Positions 63,106-64,000 of a stretch of 64,000 bases of DNA are shown here, one piece after another (the stretch's first letter is position 1; every line of letters begins with the position of its first letter). The DNA is from an uncultured delta proteobacterium (GTDB lineage: Bacteria; Desulfobacterota; Desulfomonilia; Desulfomonilales; Desulfomonilaceae), in NCBI GenBank assembly GCA_963789265.1, contig CAWBKB010000003.1:128001-192000 (forward strand), given 5' to 3'. Under the pieces are notes generated by a model. The model was not told the origin of the DNA, ran no database searches, and was given only the letters and a program-made list of their open reading frames with translations. The position numbers and the translations under genes were made by a program.

Positions 63106-63696
63106 ATGAAGAAGCGGTCGAGCTTGGAAAGAAGGATGTTGAATTATTTCCTATTGATAGCCGTGGCTTCCTTGTTGATAACATTTGAGTTTGTCTGGGC
63201 CATAGGGAAAATCATGCCTCAAGGCTCCCTGCCAGCCTCTCAGGCAGTTGACGCCGTGAGGCAAGGCATCGAGTCCCTGCGACAAAAGACTCTACTGATG
63301 TTTGTAGTTCAAGCGGTGGAGACTCTTATCATTTTGGTAATGTTCGTGAGAAAAATCACCACACCCCTACAACAGATGGTGAACGAGGCTGAAATCATTT
63401 CCGAGGGCGATCTTAGCCGAATTATACCTGTTCGTACGAGAGATGAGATCGGTCTCATCGGACAGACCATAAACGCCCTGACCAGTAACATCCAGGAAAT
63501 GGCAGCCGTCGGATCACATACCGAGGCATCGGTGCGAATACCTCTTGCGGAGCTTCGGCAACGATGGAAGACCGATCCGGTCTCTACAAAGAAACTGTGT
63601 GATATTGAGGCAATCCTTGACAGTTTCAAGCAAATCGCGCGGCACGTGAAAATGTTGCCCGGTCCTCTCGATTCGCAGGAGGAGGGCCTATCATGA
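63106..63696 (+). CDS. Two-TM HAMP-domain protein with no recognisable output domain
   Basis: RBS AGGAG; TM-periplasmic-TM architecture, then ITTPLQQM...EGDLS...RDEIGLIGQTINAL and a short helical tail. Confidence 0.75.
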   Translation: MKKRSSLERRMLNYFLLIAVASLLITFEFVWAIGKIMPQGSLPASQAVDAVRQGIESLRQKTLLMFVVQAVETLIILVMFVRKITTPLQQMVNEAEIISEGDLSRIIPVRTRDEIGLIGQTINALTSNIQEMAAVGSHTEASVRIPLAELRQRWKTDPVSTKKLCDIEAILDSFKQIARHVKMLPGPLDSQEEGLS

Positions 63697-64000
63697 CAAT
63701 GCAGTTGTTGACCTTTCCCGTAGGAGTTACGATAGCAACTCTGGCCACCATGGTCGGCCTGGGAGGCGGAGTACTTTCGGGTACCTTACCTGGTTTTAGT
63801 GGCTGGACTCAAACCTGCGGTCGCCATAATGACGTCTCTGGTGATTCAGATTGCCGGCATGGCGTCAGGAGGTGTTTCTACCATACGGCAACAAAAAACC
63901 GATTTAAAACTGGCGCTCATGTTGGCGGCGGCGGCATTTCCCGGGCTTGCTTTCGGCGTGTGGTTGCAAGGAGAGGTGAACTCCCAGTCGCTGATCTTTC
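63693..64000 (+). CDS. TauE/SafE-family membrane transporter, 5' part (frameshift near 63778; runs off the window)
   Basis: ATLATMVGLGGGVL, then VPYLVLVAGLKPAVAIMTSLVIQ; ATGA overlap with the HAMP gene. Confidence 0.75.
   Translation, partial: MTMQLLTFPVGVTIATLATMVGLGGGVLSGTLPGFSGWTQTCGRHNDVSGDSDCRHGVRRCFYHTATKNRFKTGAHVGGGGISRACFRRVVARRGELPVADL

Overview
Bacterial chromosomal window of roughly 55% GC; the gene content suggests an anaerobic Desulfobacterota/deltaproteobacterium, possibly Desulfomonile-like (inference). The first 31 kb is mostly housekeeping: a sensor kinase, slyD, cobO, an outer-membrane/lipid A operon (lysS-lolC/E-lolD-bamA-skp-lpxD-lpxA-lpxI-msbA-lpxK, then a GT9 heptosyltransferase), pilB-pilT-pilC and purF. 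The most notable locus (about 41.7-56.7 kb) looks like an anaerobic nicotinate catabolism cluster. It encodes a Liv-type ABC transporter, a three-subunit Mo-hydroxylase, enamidase, 6-hydroxynicotinate reductase and an ApbE-like/UPF0280 protein. It lacks the hgd branch of Eubacterium barkeri and instead has a divergent methylmalonate-semialdehyde-dehydrogenase-like enzyme, suggesting a 2-formylglutarate to glutaryl-CoA shortcut. Its XRE-cupin regulator is interrupted by a 133-bp MITE with an 8-bp target duplication. Many intergenic gaps hold nested MITE/REP-like repeats, and a 17-19-nt TCCCGC..GCGGGA hairpin has repeatedly been swapped into other hairpins. Also present are a Get3/ArsA ATPase with an HSP20-like domain coupled to a small protein ending in I-P-I, and a MerR-type 19-bp-spacer promoter. 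About 15 single-base frameshifts, including in lysS, lolD and purF, are most likely sequencing or assembly errors. No rRNA, tRNA, CRISPR array or transposase gene was seen.
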